IMG/VR virus record: IMGVR_UViG_3300005805_000243
Location: 1-35,441 of that record
Length of the DNA stretch: 35,441 bases
Direction: 5' to 3' (one strand)
From: a virus
Lineage: Duplodnaviria > Caudoviricetes
The notes beneath the pieces were generated by a model. That model was not told where the DNA came from and searched no databases. It saw only the letters and a program-made list of their open reading frames with translations. Of the stretch, positions 25,444 to 35,224 are shown in pieces (position 1 is the first letter of the stretch; the number at the start of each line of letters is the position of its first letter). Position numbers and translations under genes: made by a program.

Positions 25444-27482
25444 ATGATGGGAACCAACTCAACTGTTATAGAATCAGAAGCTGAAGGATCAATCAAAACT
25501 ATTAAATTTCTTTTTGAAGAAATTACATTGTCATTAGCGTATGCAGTAAATCTTAATTGTTCACCTAAATCGGAAAGTGATAATATAAAAAGTTCTTTAA
25601 GCTCTAATAAACCTTTTTGATAGTAGATGGTTCCTGCATCCGGAATTACAACTCTAGCTGTAGAATCAGTATCATAATAGACTACTCTGACTTTTCCAAT
25701 ATTTCCTTGAGTGATAGCTGTTGCTGAACCTGAAACTCCATCTCCTCCAGTAAGTGTTACTGAGGCGCTAGTATAATTTCTACCACGATTAGTTACAATT
25801 ATTTCTGACAGTAAACCATTTTTTATTATAGCCTTTGCTTTTGCTCCGGTACCGTCTCCAGAAATTGTAACTGTAGGTGCAGATTTATAACCAAATCCAG
25901 GATTTAAAATTTGTATACTTTCTATTCCACTAAAAGAATATGGTATTTCTTCGATTAAAACCGTTCTTCTAACACCTTGTGAATCAAAGATATCAAATCC
26001 TTTTGAAATTAATTTATTGAACAATCCGCCTCTAACCAATTCAACACCAAAATCTACTGTATATTGTTTGTATTCATTTAGTGTCACAAAAACTCTTTTT
26101 TGCATTTTTGTTTCAATTACACTACCAATAAACGACGGATCAGAATTATCAATGTCGTCTTGCAATCTTGACTGAACATATCTTGAATTAAATGTTTCTA
26201 GATAATTATCGTTATATAAATTGACCGTTGAAATAACTTTATTTTTTAAATCATTTGATGAAAGATTTGTTTTTGATGGATCATACTTTACCTTTCCGTT
26301 TACTAAGATGTAAAGATAATCTGGCTCTAAAATTTCAGCCTCAGTGGTGATGATTGCTTTTGGTCTTATAATTTCTTCAACTATTCTTTTCTTTTCTAAT
26401 TCTGAAATAAAATAACCATCTTTCAATTTTAAAGAAATGAATGTTTTGTTATAGACCACTGGTGTCTGTTCTTCTCCACCCCAGACTGAAATTGATTGTA
26501 TTCCAGGATACACAGATTTTAAGTAAGATGAATAATCGTTGGCAGTAACTAATCTATTTTGTGTAGCATATCTTTGTGGAGCTGAAAATTTAATTGATTG
26601 TACTGATTCTTTTTCTGAACCTCCAGAAGCAGAACTTGTAGTGGTAACCAATATGTCAGTATATCCTCCTATTGATTGTAATGCGACAAATGAATTGGCT
26701 TTATTTGCTGCTGTTCCATTCGTCACTAGATAGCTTACTGTAATAATTGCTCCATCTGGTAATTTTTTACTAATAAAATCATCTCCAAAAAATATTTCAT
26801 AAAATCCATTTCTTCCTTCTTGTAGAAAAAATGCCTTTGAAGAAGAATTTAAATCTAAAATATCTTTAGACAATATATAAGTATCAGTTGTTGAACTTGC
26901 TTGATTTTCTTTTACCGAAACTTTAATTGTTCTAGTATCAACACTTATGTCAGGAATTACAAATATTTGATTAGGGTTAGCCAAATTATTTTGTGTGAAA
27001 TTTATGACATTAAGTATTCCTTCATATAATTCTACGTTTTCAAACATGTATTTTGTGTTTGATTTTGTGACCGTATAATTTTCTATCGTGACAAAATTAT
27101 AGTTGAAGTCGCCTATTATTTCTGAAGAAAACTTGGTGCCTCTAGGTATTGTGAACGTGTCTATTTCCGTTGTTCCAGTTTCAACGTCAATATTGACAAG
27201 TGCGATTGGTGCATTTTTTGATGCTGGTGTATATGCTAATAGTTTAGCATGAGAGACAACCGAATCGCGCAATAAAGCTGTATCTAAAAATGATTCATTG
27301 GCTATCATATTCAAATAGTAAGCATTATAGTGTGTATTATATGCTAGTAAGTCTATCAGAATACTTAGAGATGAACCGTCAAAATTATAATCACTAAACT
27401 CTTCTTGTTGATTTAAGAATTGCTTTAGATTAGTTTTTATGGTATCAAAATCTAAATCCGTTACTTTAAGTCTTGAAGCCAT
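25440..27482 (-). CDS. gp6: Baseplate wedge subunit gp6
   Basis: LDFDTIKTNLKQFL, DYNFDGSSLSILIDLLAYNTHYNAYY, ANESFLDTA, QNRLVTANDY, VWGGEE. Confidence 0.93.
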   Translation of the reverse strand: MASRLKVTDLDFDTIKTNLKQFLNQQEEFSDYNFDGSSLSILIDLLAYNTHYNAYYLNMIANESFLDTALLRDSVVSHAKLLAYTPASKNAPIALVNIDVETGTTEIDTFTIPRGTKFSSEIIGDFNYNFVTIENYTVTKSNTKYMFENVELYEGILNVINFTQNNLANPNQIFVIPDISVDTRTIKVSVKENQASSTTDTYILSKDILDLNSSSKAFFLQEGRNGFYEIFFGDDFISKKLPDGAIITVSYLVTNGTAANKANSFVALQSIGGYTDILVTTTSSASGGSEKESVQSIKFSAPQRYATQNRLVTANDYSSYLKSVYPGIQSISVWGGEEQTPVVYNKTFISLKLKDGYFISELEKKRIVEEIIRPKAIITTEAEILEPDYLYILVNGKVKYDPSKTNLSSNDLKNKVISTVNLYNDNYLETFNSRYVQSRLQDDIDNSDPSFIGSVIETKMQKRVFVTLNEYKQYTVDFGVELVRGGLFNKLISKGFDIFDSQGVRRTVLIEEIPYSFSGIESIQILNPGFGYKSAPTVTISGDGTGAKAKAIIKNGLLSEIIVTNRGRNYTSASVTLTGGDGVSGSATAITQGNIGKVRVVYYDTDSTARVVIPDAGTIYYQKGLLELKELFILSLSDLGEQLRFTAYANDNVISSKRNLIVLIDPSASDSITVELVPII

Positions 27483-27893
27483 TTATCGTACTCTTTCTAA
27501 GAAGAAGTTTATTGTTATTGGTGCCAAAGTATTTAATGGTTGAAATTCTAAAGTTACCTGAAATGCATTTTTCTCTAACTGGGGAGAAACTCGAATAGAT
27601 ATTACTTGCACTCTAGGTTCAAAATTTTGAAGAACCGTTTTAATTTCTATTTCTAATGACCTGGCAACAAGCGCATCTAGAGGTTCAAACAATAATTTTC
27701 TGATATTTGATCCCAGATGTGGTTGAAAAGGTCTTTCATAGTGATTGGTCAATAAAAGATTTTTTATTGAGTTGATTATAGCCTTTTCACCAACGATCTT
27801 GTTAATATCTTTTTTGATTGGATGAATTATAAAATTCATATCCAAATCTTTATATTCTCTAAGTTGATTAGATGAAGTTGTTGTAGTTGTCAT
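27483..27893 (-). CDS. gp25: Baseplate wedge subunit gp25
   Basis: YKDLDMNF, AIINSIKNLLLTNHYERPFQPHLGS, NFEPRV. Confidence 0.93.
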   Translation of the reverse strand: MTTTTTSSNQLREYKDLDMNFIIHPIKKDINKIVGEKAIINSIKNLLLTNHYERPFQPHLGSNIRKLLFEPLDALVARSLEIEIKTVLQNFEPRVQVISIRVSPQLEKNAFQVTLEFQPLNTLAPITINFFLERVR

Positions 27894-27898
27894 TTAAT

Positions 27899-27906
27899 TA
27901 TTTATA
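27899..27906 (-). promoter_or_regulatory. T4 late promoter TATAAATA upstream of gp25
   Basis: Exact consensus 5 nt upstream of ATG 27893. Confidence 0.75.
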
Positions 27907-29053
27907 ATAGGTTTTTTAGTTTATCTGTGCCTATTAAGTCTCTTAAAAGAATTATTGCTGCTGGAGATTGTATATTTGTCAATGATAATATTTTGGTATA
28001 TTCACTCAAAACTACTGTGCTTTTTTGAAAAAAGTTCTTATCATGCAATCTTCTCGTGTCAACCAAAGACGTTATTGTACTAATTGTTTGTGTTAAATTA
28101 GAGGAATCATTTGCTGTAAAAAGCAAAACACCTACGTTAGCTCCGGTATTTGCGGTAAAATAATTCGAGTTTGACCAAACGCTTGGGTCTATTGAATAAC
28201 CTTTTTCACCTTTCAAAGTATCTAAATTATTTAGATAGACTACCATTTCATCTTTTATAAAAAGACTCGTAAATGAACCTAAAATTGGAGAAAAGTCACT
28301 AATTCCGTCAATTGAATTTGCATAATATGCTATTGTTGTTCCTATGGTAATCGCTTTTTGATAGTCTGGATCTTCTGAATCAGATATAGTCACTCCAGAT
28401 ATTCTGTCGGTATGAGATTTAAATTGAGTTAAAGATGCAATTAAAGTATTGGATGTTGACACTAATATTTGCAGAACATTTGCATTTGCTTTTTCTTGTG
28501 GTATTTCTGCACCGTCTATTTTTGTGGGTGGTGTAAATAAATTTCCACCAACATATTTTGGTGTATTTGCAACTATGACTTGTCTTGCAACATTTCTTAT
28601 TTTTATTATTTGATTTTTTAAATCTGTTATTGTTTCATCTAATGGGTTTTGATAATAACCTGTATAGTCGCTCGTTTTTATTAATTCCTTTTGCCAAGGT
28701 TTGAGTTTATATGGATTCCCTTTATAGAAAGAATTAGAAAGCCCATTCACAGTAAGCGCATCACCGAATTTGTTTACATTAAAATCAAACCCCAATCTAT
28801 CCATAAAACTTGGACCAGAATAAACTACAGGTGATTCACCTTCAGCCGTCACTCCAGTTATTACTATTTCATCACCGGATGCTGCGGGAGAAGTTAATTC
28901 TACAAAAATTCCACTAGTGACTATAACGTCTGTATTCGCGGTTAATTTTATTCCGTTTCGATATACATTCAAATTTATGGGAGAATATTCTTTTGAAGTT
29001 TCAAAAGTAGTCTGCCCATCTTCGGCTACAAAAAAATCAGTAAATAAAGCCAT
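27902..29053 (-). CDS. Hypothetical virion protein (383 aa) with an N-terminal small beta-sandwich module
   Basis: AEDGQTTF...LNVYRNGIKL...D...VELTSPAASGDEIVI module typical of phage virion proteins, followed by a helical region; embedded in the baseplate operon. Confidence 0.75.
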   Translation of the reverse strand: MALFTDFFVAEDGQTTFETSKEYSPINLNVYRNGIKLTANTDVIVTSGIFVELTSPAASGDEIVITGVTAEGESPVVYSGPSFMDRLGFDFNVNKFGDALTVNGLSNSFYKGNPYKLKPWQKELIKTSDYTGYYQNPLDETITDLKNQIIKIRNVARQVIVANTPKYVGGNLFTPPTKIDGAEIPQEKANANVLQILVSTSNTLIASLTQFKSHTDRISGVTISDSEDPDYQKAITIGTTIAYYANSIDGISDFSPILGSFTSLFIKDEMVVYLNNLDTLKGEKGYSIDPSVWSNSNYFTANTGANVGVLLFTANDSSNLTQTISTITSLVDTRRLHDKNFFQKSTVVLSEYTKILSLTNIQSPAAIILLRDLIGTDKLKNLL

Positions 29054-29057
29054 ATTA

Positions 29058-29360
29058 TTATCCTATTAAAATTTTAGCCCAGCCACTTGCCACAAAAGTC
29101 GGAGGAAACCCTGGATGTATTGCTGGCATAAACATAGTGATTGCGGGAATTCCATTCATTAAAACATTAGGCCATCCAAAACAAACAATATCTGGTGCAG
29201 GAAAGGCAACAATTGATTCAGGTGGAGGGTGTGGAATATTCATTGAGCCTATCATCAAAGCTGGAATGCCATTTTGAAAAATATTTGGATGAAAAGGAAA
29301 CAAAAATGGTAAAGCCCAGTGAAATGAAACTGATATGCCTACTGATGCTGCTGGTAACAT
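29058..29360 (-). CDS. Divergent PAAR-repeat spike-tip protein (gp5.4-like)
   Basis: 100 aa directly after gp5; three degenerate PAAR motifs (LPAASVG, NGIPALMIG, NGIPAITM) and terminal ASGWAKILIG. Confidence 0.75.
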   Translation of the reverse strand: MLPAASVGISVSFHWALPFLFPFHPNIFQNGIPALMIGSMNIPHPPPESIVAFPAPDIVCFGWPNVLMNGIPAITMFMPAIHPGFPPTFVASGWAKILIG

Positions 29361-29363
29361 AAC

Positions 29364-31532
29364 TTACGCCGTTGAATCGATTAGATTTAAAAAGGTTATG
29401 GGTGAATTTCTCATTTCTTCCTGTACAGAATTCATATAAGTTGAGTTCATATAATTTTGAAGTCCTGAAGCTATCTCCGAGTTATTTAATCCATTTTCTT
29501 TTCCAGTTTTGACCATATTTACTATAGAAAATTTAAAGTTGTCGTCGGTAGATAATGTATTCGATACTCTATTTAACACTGATGATAATCCATCAACGCT
29601 TGGCATAGAATCAAAAACCGCTTGTTGAGCAACATCTAAGAATGAATTAAATAATGGTTCTATAGAACCTATGGCTGAGTTTGTTGAATTGATATTCAGG
29701 TTTAAAGCACTCTGAATATCATTAAACGTTTGACCTATAAGGCTAGAACCGCTATTCAAAAAATCATTTGCAGCAAATGCTGCTTCTTTTAATCCATCAA
29801 GAAATCCACCAGATCCTTGACTGAAAATATCAGCGGCTCCACCTAAACTGGATAAAGCACCAAGAGGATCATTAACTATAGAAATGCCAGTTTGATATAA
29901 ATCTTTTGCAATATTAAACCCCTCTTTTAAAGAATCAAAACTAAATCCGCCTCCTAATCCATCACTTCCAAAAGAAAAATCACCCATGAAATTAGAAAAG
30001 GATTCTCCTAGTCCATCAGCAAGATCTCCCATGACAGTTGAGAATGCATCAGAATTTAATATGGTTCCCAAAGGATCACTAATAGCATCTTTTACCGTTC
30101 CTATGACATCCATTAAACTTCCTGAACTGAGAGACTCAGTTATTGAAGAAAATGCATCTGATAATCCACTAAAAGATGTTAGCCCACTAAAAGCATCTCC
30201 TAAACCAGTAGTCAATTCACCTAATATTCCTCCTTGACTCAAAGTGTCTGAAAGCCCACCAAAAAAATCTGCACCAGAAAAACCAGCTAGATCGGATAAA
30301 CCTCCAGCCAAACCCTCAGTAAATCCTCCTAATGATTCAAAAGTGCTGGAAAAGAAAGACCCAGCAGTTTCAGAAATTGCTCCCGCTGTAGCTTCTCCTA
30401 TTTTATCGAGTAATGATTTATCCATAGATTCTAAAGCGGTATCACCAACTTCACCTAGTGCTGCTCCACCACCCTTTCCAATTAAAACCATGGGACCAAA
30501 CAAAGAAGACACTGCTTTAGATTCTAATAGTAATGCGCCATCTGATGAAAATGTTCCTAGTCCTTTTGCAGAAAGACTCATATCTCCTACTTTGGCACTG
30601 AGGTCCATATTTCCAGCTTTGGAAATAAGTGCCATATCGATCTGCGCGCTTCCAGTAATATTTTTCTTTGCTGAAATTCCTACATCTTCTTTAGCAGATA
30701 GACTCGCTGATTTTCCAGCAGACATTCCTATAGCTTCTTTAGCAGAAAGACTAAAATTTTTACAACTAATAGAAAAGTCACCATCAACTTGATAATTTGC
30801 ATTTCCTTTAACTATAACAGTTAAATTTTCTCCTACATATAATGTACTGCCAGCTCTAACTGTTTCGCTTTTTTTAGCTTGCACTTTTTCAGTAACAGAA
30901 CCGTCCGCAGCGTATTCAAAATAGGAACCTGATCTGTGAAACAACTGTATTCTTTCATCTTTAGGAGTGTCGTCCATCTCAAAAAGATGCCCAGACTCAG
31001 ATTCATATACATTGTTATAAGGGTAAACGGTTTTTGGTTTTTTTGGAGCTTCTGGAGAACCTGAAATAACATTGTTCATTTTTTGCTTGAATTGAGATTT
31101 ATCCATACTCTCATTTCTAGCTGCTCTCGGTGTTGTGGGTTCATCAATTGCCCTAGGATATTTTGAAAGTGATTCTCCAAAAACTTCAGGCTTAACTGGT
31201 GCTGTGTTCAACTGTGCAGCAGTTCTTGGATCATTGAATCCTAAAGTTTCGTTCGCCTTTCTCACTGGTATTCCAGATAAGACGCCCATCATGATTGGAA
31301 ATTGAGCATCTTCACCATCCATGAAAAAACCTGTTACAGTTTCACCTTCTTTTGGTGCATATGGATTTGGATTATTCAAAGGCAAAACGGGATGAGCCCA
31401 AGGTAAATCTTCTGTCTTGAGTTCCTGTTTATTTTCTGTATGGTGCCCAAAAATTCTAACTTGGCATCTACCCAACTTAAGTGGATCTATTCGATTTTCA
31501 ACTACGCCTACCCACCAAACAGAGTTAATCAT
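29364..31532 (-). CDS. gp5: Baseplate central spike gp5-like (OB fold + beta-helix, no lysozyme domain, long C-terminal extension)
   Basis: WWVGVVENRIDPLKLGRCQVRIFGHH...DLPWA...GFFMDG; YPYNNVYESESGHLFEMDDTP...HRSGS; ~8-residue beta-helix repeats. Confidence 0.9.
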   Translation of the reverse strand: MINSVWWVGVVENRIDPLKLGRCQVRIFGHHTENKQELKTEDLPWAHPVLPLNNPNPYAPKEGETVTGFFMDGEDAQFPIMMGVLSGIPVRKANETLGFNDPRTAAQLNTAPVKPEVFGESLSKYPRAIDEPTTPRAARNESMDKSQFKQKMNNVISGSPEAPKKPKTVYPYNNVYESESGHLFEMDDTPKDERIQLFHRSGSYFEYAADGSVTEKVQAKKSETVRAGSTLYVGENLTVIVKGNANYQVDGDFSISCKNFSLSAKEAIGMSAGKSASLSAKEDVGISAKKNITGSAQIDMALISKAGNMDLSAKVGDMSLSAKGLGTFSSDGALLLESKAVSSLFGPMVLIGKGGGAALGEVGDTALESMDKSLLDKIGEATAGAISETAGSFFSSTFESLGGFTEGLAGGLSDLAGFSGADFFGGLSDTLSQGGILGELTTGLGDAFSGLTSFSGLSDAFSSITESLSSGSLMDVIGTVKDAISDPLGTILNSDAFSTVMGDLADGLGESFSNFMGDFSFGSDGLGGGFSFDSLKEGFNIAKDLYQTGISIVNDPLGALSSLGGAADIFSQGSGGFLDGLKEAAFAANDFLNSGSSLIGQTFNDIQSALNLNINSTNSAIGSIEPLFNSFLDVAQQAVFDSMPSVDGLSSVLNRVSNTLSTDDNFKFSIVNMVKTGKENGLNNSEIASGLQNYMNSTYMNSVQEEMRNSPITFLNLIDSTA

Positions 31533-31544
31533 TTTTACACTCCA

Positions 31545-32822
31545 TCAATCTGAATCAATGTCTGAATCTGACGCCACCTCTAAAACCGTATCATGTTGTG
31601 TGGGTCTTATAATTTGACGAACCGCTATTATCATGCTTCTACCTGAAAAAGACGAATCCAATTCATCTCCTTCTCTTAAATTTCCTCTTTTTGGATATTT
31701 TAAATCCAATATCATTCCTATAGTAAGATTAAAATTTCCTGGAAGCATCAGTTTCATTTTTTTAGTATTTAAAAAAGACATTATAGAAGAACGATGACCA
31801 AAAGAAAATTCTGGTGAATGTAATTTTACTGATGGATAATTTTTTTTAGCATAATTGCTATTGAAAAATTGTGAATCCGTTACCAATACAGTTCTTTTCG
31901 CGTCATACGCTTCGTTAGCAAAAGTTCCTTTTTTATTTGAAACAAATGGAACAATTGGTTTGTTATTTAATCTTGTTGCCTTATCGTAATACTCTGCTTT
32001 TATATCTTGCTTAAAAAATGTTCTAGTAACTAGATCAAAACCATAAATTGAACCCGAATAACTTCCTTTTTTAATCGATTCAATGAGATTGAATTGTTTC
32101 GTTATTTGACTAGTTTTGGCTCCAAAAAGCTCCGACTTTTGGTCTTCTCCTTCTGCCACATTCTTTACAGAAAAATTTATAGGCACGCTATCTTGTGAAA
32201 AAAGATCTGTCAAACTAATAAAATTAAAACCGTTTTTATTTTCAAAAAATAAAAAATCTGGAATATTTTTTTGGTTGACTGCTCTACTCGCACACCAAAA
32301 TAATGAGTCGAGTGGTTTAAGTGAGGGAATAACTATATTTTTTATTCCATTGGTTTCACTAATAATGACTTTATCATCTTCTACACTTAAAAAATCAGTC
32401 AAAATATTTTTTGCAATATTTGTATAAGTATCCTTATATCCTCTTGATACTCTAGTTTGCTCAGATAAAATTAATTCTTCTGAACAAAAATATATGACGG
32501 ATAATTCAGAATTAGGTGTTGATGCCTTTCTTTTCTCTTGTTTATAAATTCTAACAGTTTTTTCAAAAAGAAAATCATCGTTACCAGTTTTTGATAATTT
32601 TATTTTTAAAAAACATGAACCAGTTCTTAATAGTTTAGCTATGTTAAAAGTATCTGTGAACAGCAAAGACCCAGTGATAACGGGTGAAACTATGCTCTCG
32701 GTGATTTCTAGTTGTTCAACTAGACCTTTAACATTTAATACTTTTTGTCTTCCAGATTCCTCACAAATAATAGAAAGGTCATCTATAGAAAATGTGCTAA
32801 ATTCTTGATCTAATGATGCCAT
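31545..32822 (-). CDS. Probable baseplate hub protein (gp27-like)
   Basis: Position between gp53 and gp5; motifs ITESIVSPVITGSL, FLFFENKNGFNFISL, LPGNFNLTIG, SGRSMIIAVRQ. Confidence 0.65.
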   Translation of the reverse strand: MASLDQEFSTFSIDDLSIICEESGRQKVLNVKGLVEQLEITESIVSPVITGSLLFTDTFNIAKLLRTGSCFLKIKLSKTGNDDFLFEKTVRIYKQEKRKASTPNSELSVIYFCSEELILSEQTRVSRGYKDTYTNIAKNILTDFLSVEDDKVIISETNGIKNIVIPSLKPLDSLFWCASRAVNQKNIPDFLFFENKNGFNFISLTDLFSQDSVPINFSVKNVAEGEDQKSELFGAKTSQITKQFNLIESIKKGSYSGSIYGFDLVTRTFFKQDIKAEYYDKATRLNNKPIVPFVSNKKGTFANEAYDAKRTVLVTDSQFFNSNYAKKNYPSVKLHSPEFSFGHRSSIMSFLNTKKMKLMLPGNFNLTIGMILDLKYPKRGNLREGDELDSSFSGRSMIIAVRQIIRPTQHDTVLEVASDSDIDSD

Positions 32823-33454
32823 TATAAACTAGCGAGTTTTTTAAACTCTTCTTCTATTCTAGAAATATATTCTTTTTTAACGATTTTAATCGATCTTCTC
32901 TTTTCGTTTTCTTCTGTTTCATACTCAAATATCGTTTGAGTGAATTTTGAGGTAGTTATAGTCACCTCAAAGTTGTTAGAATTTGCCAAAACCAATGTTC
33001 TGGTTTCTGGAATAAAATTAGTGTATTCTGTTTCATCAGTTTCTCTGTCCTCTGTTATTGTTTTTTCACCATCATAAAAATTTATAGTTCTCTGCTCTCG
33101 AATCACATATTTTTTAATAGTGTTCATAGCGTAAGACATTCCGCCAAGTGAAGAATATTTTTCAATTATGTAATGATTAAAAAGATAGTAGTCTTTATAC
33201 CAATCAAATTGTGGATCGATAATTTCATTAAATAATAAAATAATCCAATGTCTTTCTACGGATCCATAAAATTTATACGCTAATGTTTCAGGAGTCTCTC
33301 CAGAAATATTATCGTATGAAAAATACGCAGAAGCAATATTTTTAATTTCATTAATAAACTTAAATCTAGTGATGATATTCGTGACAAAATCTAGTCCACT
33401 ATGATCATCTATAAAATATGGAGTTTTTGGAAAAAAATTAAAATATTTTGCCAT
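32822..33454 (-). CDS. gp53: Baseplate wedge subunit gp53
   Basis: MAKYFNFFP, GETPETLAYKFYGS..HWIILLFN.IIDPQFDW, FEYETEENEKRRSIK. Confidence 0.9.
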   Translation of the reverse strand: MAKYFNFFPKTPYFIDDHSGLDFVTNIITRFKFINEIKNIASAYFSYDNISGETPETLAYKFYGSVERHWIILLFNEIIDPQFDWYKDYYLFNHYIIEKYSSLGGMSYAMNTIKKYVIREQRTINFYDGEKTITEDRETDETEYTNFIPETRTLVLANSNNFEVTITTSKFTQTIFEYETEENEKRRSIKIVKKEYISRIEEEFKKLASL

Positions 33455-34743
33455 TAGAATGAAGCTCCTCTAGCATCTAGATTTCCCTCATTCAAAGTTG
33501 TTGAGAACGAACCAGCACTTCTTAACAATTCTTTTGTTATCATGGTCATTTCTTTGAATCTTAGTTGTAAACGAATTCCGACTGGCATACCTGTTCCTCC
33601 CAAGAAAGGTGTATTTTGACCTTGAACTTCATAGGCAGACCAACCGTTTGGAGCATAGTCTACAGAAACGTTTTCGCAAACACAGGTAGAAATTCTTGGA
33701 AGATTTACGTTTCTTTTTCCATTATAAAAGAAACCAATATCAAAAGCTGATGGAGCTAAAAGATATCTTCCTCCTCCTCCAGCAATTATTTCTGGAGCAG
33801 CATGAAATTTAAATGCTGATATTATATTTTGAACCTGCGTCGCTTCTCCCTCATCTCTTGGATAAAACATGAAATCGAATTGAAAATTTCTTAACGATGT
33901 TGCTTGATACACCACTTCAAATTGAGGATTTATTGCAAACCCTAAAGCTGCCTGACCAAGTTCTGCTGCCGGTGCAGTTGCAGGAATCGAACTCAAAATA
34001 TCAACAAGAAATGGTGATAGTCCCTTTAATTTTCCTCCAGCCATATTAGCTGCTGCTGCAACTCTCTGTGTTGCAGAAATTATGGGATTTTCACTTAAAC
34101 TTAAATCTTTGTATGAATGATTATAATCAAAATTTAATGTGTCTGGCATATAGAGGGCTATCATATCTGTAGCCCTCTTCAATGTATTGAAAGCATTTTT
34201 AGCATCATTAGAAAGTTGCTCAAATGCACGATTTGCTAATCCAGAAGCTCGCGTTCTCGCTCTTGTCGCATATGCTGAATTAGGACCACCAAACAACTCA
34301 TTTATACTTGTTAATTCAGTATCGGCACGATTTGCAATATCAGAACTTGAACCACCAAACAAATTGTTGATACTTGTTAATGGATCTGAAAAATTGCTAG
34401 AAGCTGATTGAATCGAATTTATCACTTGAGAGCCTAAAGAAGTATCAGCTAGAGAATTTAATGTTGCTGATACAGAACCACCGCCTCTTGTTTGCGATAG
34501 AGCTTTTCTGATTATATAATCGGTAGGGCTTCCTGAACGAGTTTCCACACCAAAATCAGGATTTATGTTTTCACGAACGTAAATATCAAAAAGCATATAG
34601 TGTCCGTATTGACCATTACCTAAGGACGATGGATATCGATAAGTATTTAAGTCAAATCTAGAACTTGCTGTGGGATCAACAAACGAATTTGGTTGATCGG
34701 AGCCAAAAACTATTTCGTTTAGATTGAAAAGTGAGCCAGGCAT
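33454..34743 (-). CDS. gp48: Baseplate tail-tube cap gp48-like
   Basis: RYP, IALYMPD, INPQFEVVY..LRNFQFDFMFYPR, CVCENVSVDYAPNG, MPVGIRLQLRFKE. Confidence 0.82.
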   Translation of the reverse strand: MPGSLFNLNEIVFGSDQPNSFVDPTASSRFDLNTYRYPSSLGNGQYGHYMLFDIYVRENINPDFGVETRSGSPTDYIIRKALSQTRGGGSVSATLNSLADTSLGSQVINSIQSASSNFSDPLTSINNLFGGSSSDIANRADTELTSINELFGGPNSAYATRARTRASGLANRAFEQLSNDAKNAFNTLKRATDMIALYMPDTLNFDYNHSYKDLSLSENPIISATQRVAAAANMAGGKLKGLSPFLVDILSSIPATAPAAELGQAALGFAINPQFEVVYQATSLRNFQFDFMFYPRDEGEATQVQNIISAFKFHAAPEIIAGGGGRYLLAPSAFDIGFFYNGKRNVNLPRISTCVCENVSVDYAPNGWSAYEVQGQNTPFLGGTGMPVGIRLQLRFKEMTMITKELLRSAGSFSTTLNEGNLDARGASF

Positions 34744-34754
34744 TATCTTTCCTT

Positions 34755-34775
34755 ATTAAATATATACTATTTATA
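34755..34775. promoter_or_regulatory. Divergent late promoters between gp48 and gp4
   Basis: TATAAATA on - (34775-34768) toward gp48; ATTAAATA on + (34755-34762) toward gp4. Confidence 0.7.
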
Positions 34776-35224
34776 TGAGTTATAAAGGCAAATTTAAACC
34801 ACAAAATCCTGAGAAGTATAAGGGTAATCCAAATAATATAATCTATAGATCTTCTTGGGAATTAAAAGCTATGCGATATTTTGACATAAATCCAAATATC
34901 ATATCTTGGGCATCAGAGGAACTTATTATACCATATTTATCACCGATTGATGGAAAGCAGCACCGTTATTTTCCAGATTTTATTATTGAAATATTGAAAA
35001 GGGATGGGCAAAAAGAAGTCTATATTTTAGAAGTTAAACCATTCAAAGAAACGCAGCCTCCAAAGAAAAGAGGAAAAAATAACTCTAGATTTTTGAGTGA
35101 AACTGTCACTTATGCAAAAAATCAGGCTAAATGGAAAGCTGCTGATATATTTTGCCAAACAAAAGGTTGGAAGTTTATGTTAATTACTGAACATGAACTT
35201 GGCTTAAAGAGTGCTCATAAATAG
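34775..35224 (+). CDS. gp4: Head completion protein gp4 (TnsA-like nuclease fold)
   Basis: MSYKGKFKPQNPEKYKG, IIYRSSWE, WASEE..IPY.SP.DGK.HRYFPDF, EVKP, NQAKWKAA, ITE.EL. Confidence 0.93.
   Translation: MSYKGKFKPQNPEKYKGNPNNIIYRSSWELKAMRYFDINPNIISWASEELIIPYLSPIDGKQHRYFPDFIIEILKRDGQKEVYILEVKPFKETQPPKKRGKNNSRFLSETVTYAKNQAKWKAADIFCQTKGWKFMLITEHELGLKSAHK

Noticed and set aside
10730-34411. Numerous 60-180 aa + strand ORFs opposite structural genes (e.g. 30244..30792, 13198..13485, 32116..32427) and 30833..31072 on -
   Set aside because: They overlap well-supported genes on the other strand or frame and show no recognisable motifs.
34775-35224. TnsA-like nuclease as a transposon or homing endonuclease
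   Set aside because: Sequence and synteny match the core T4 head-completion protein gp4.
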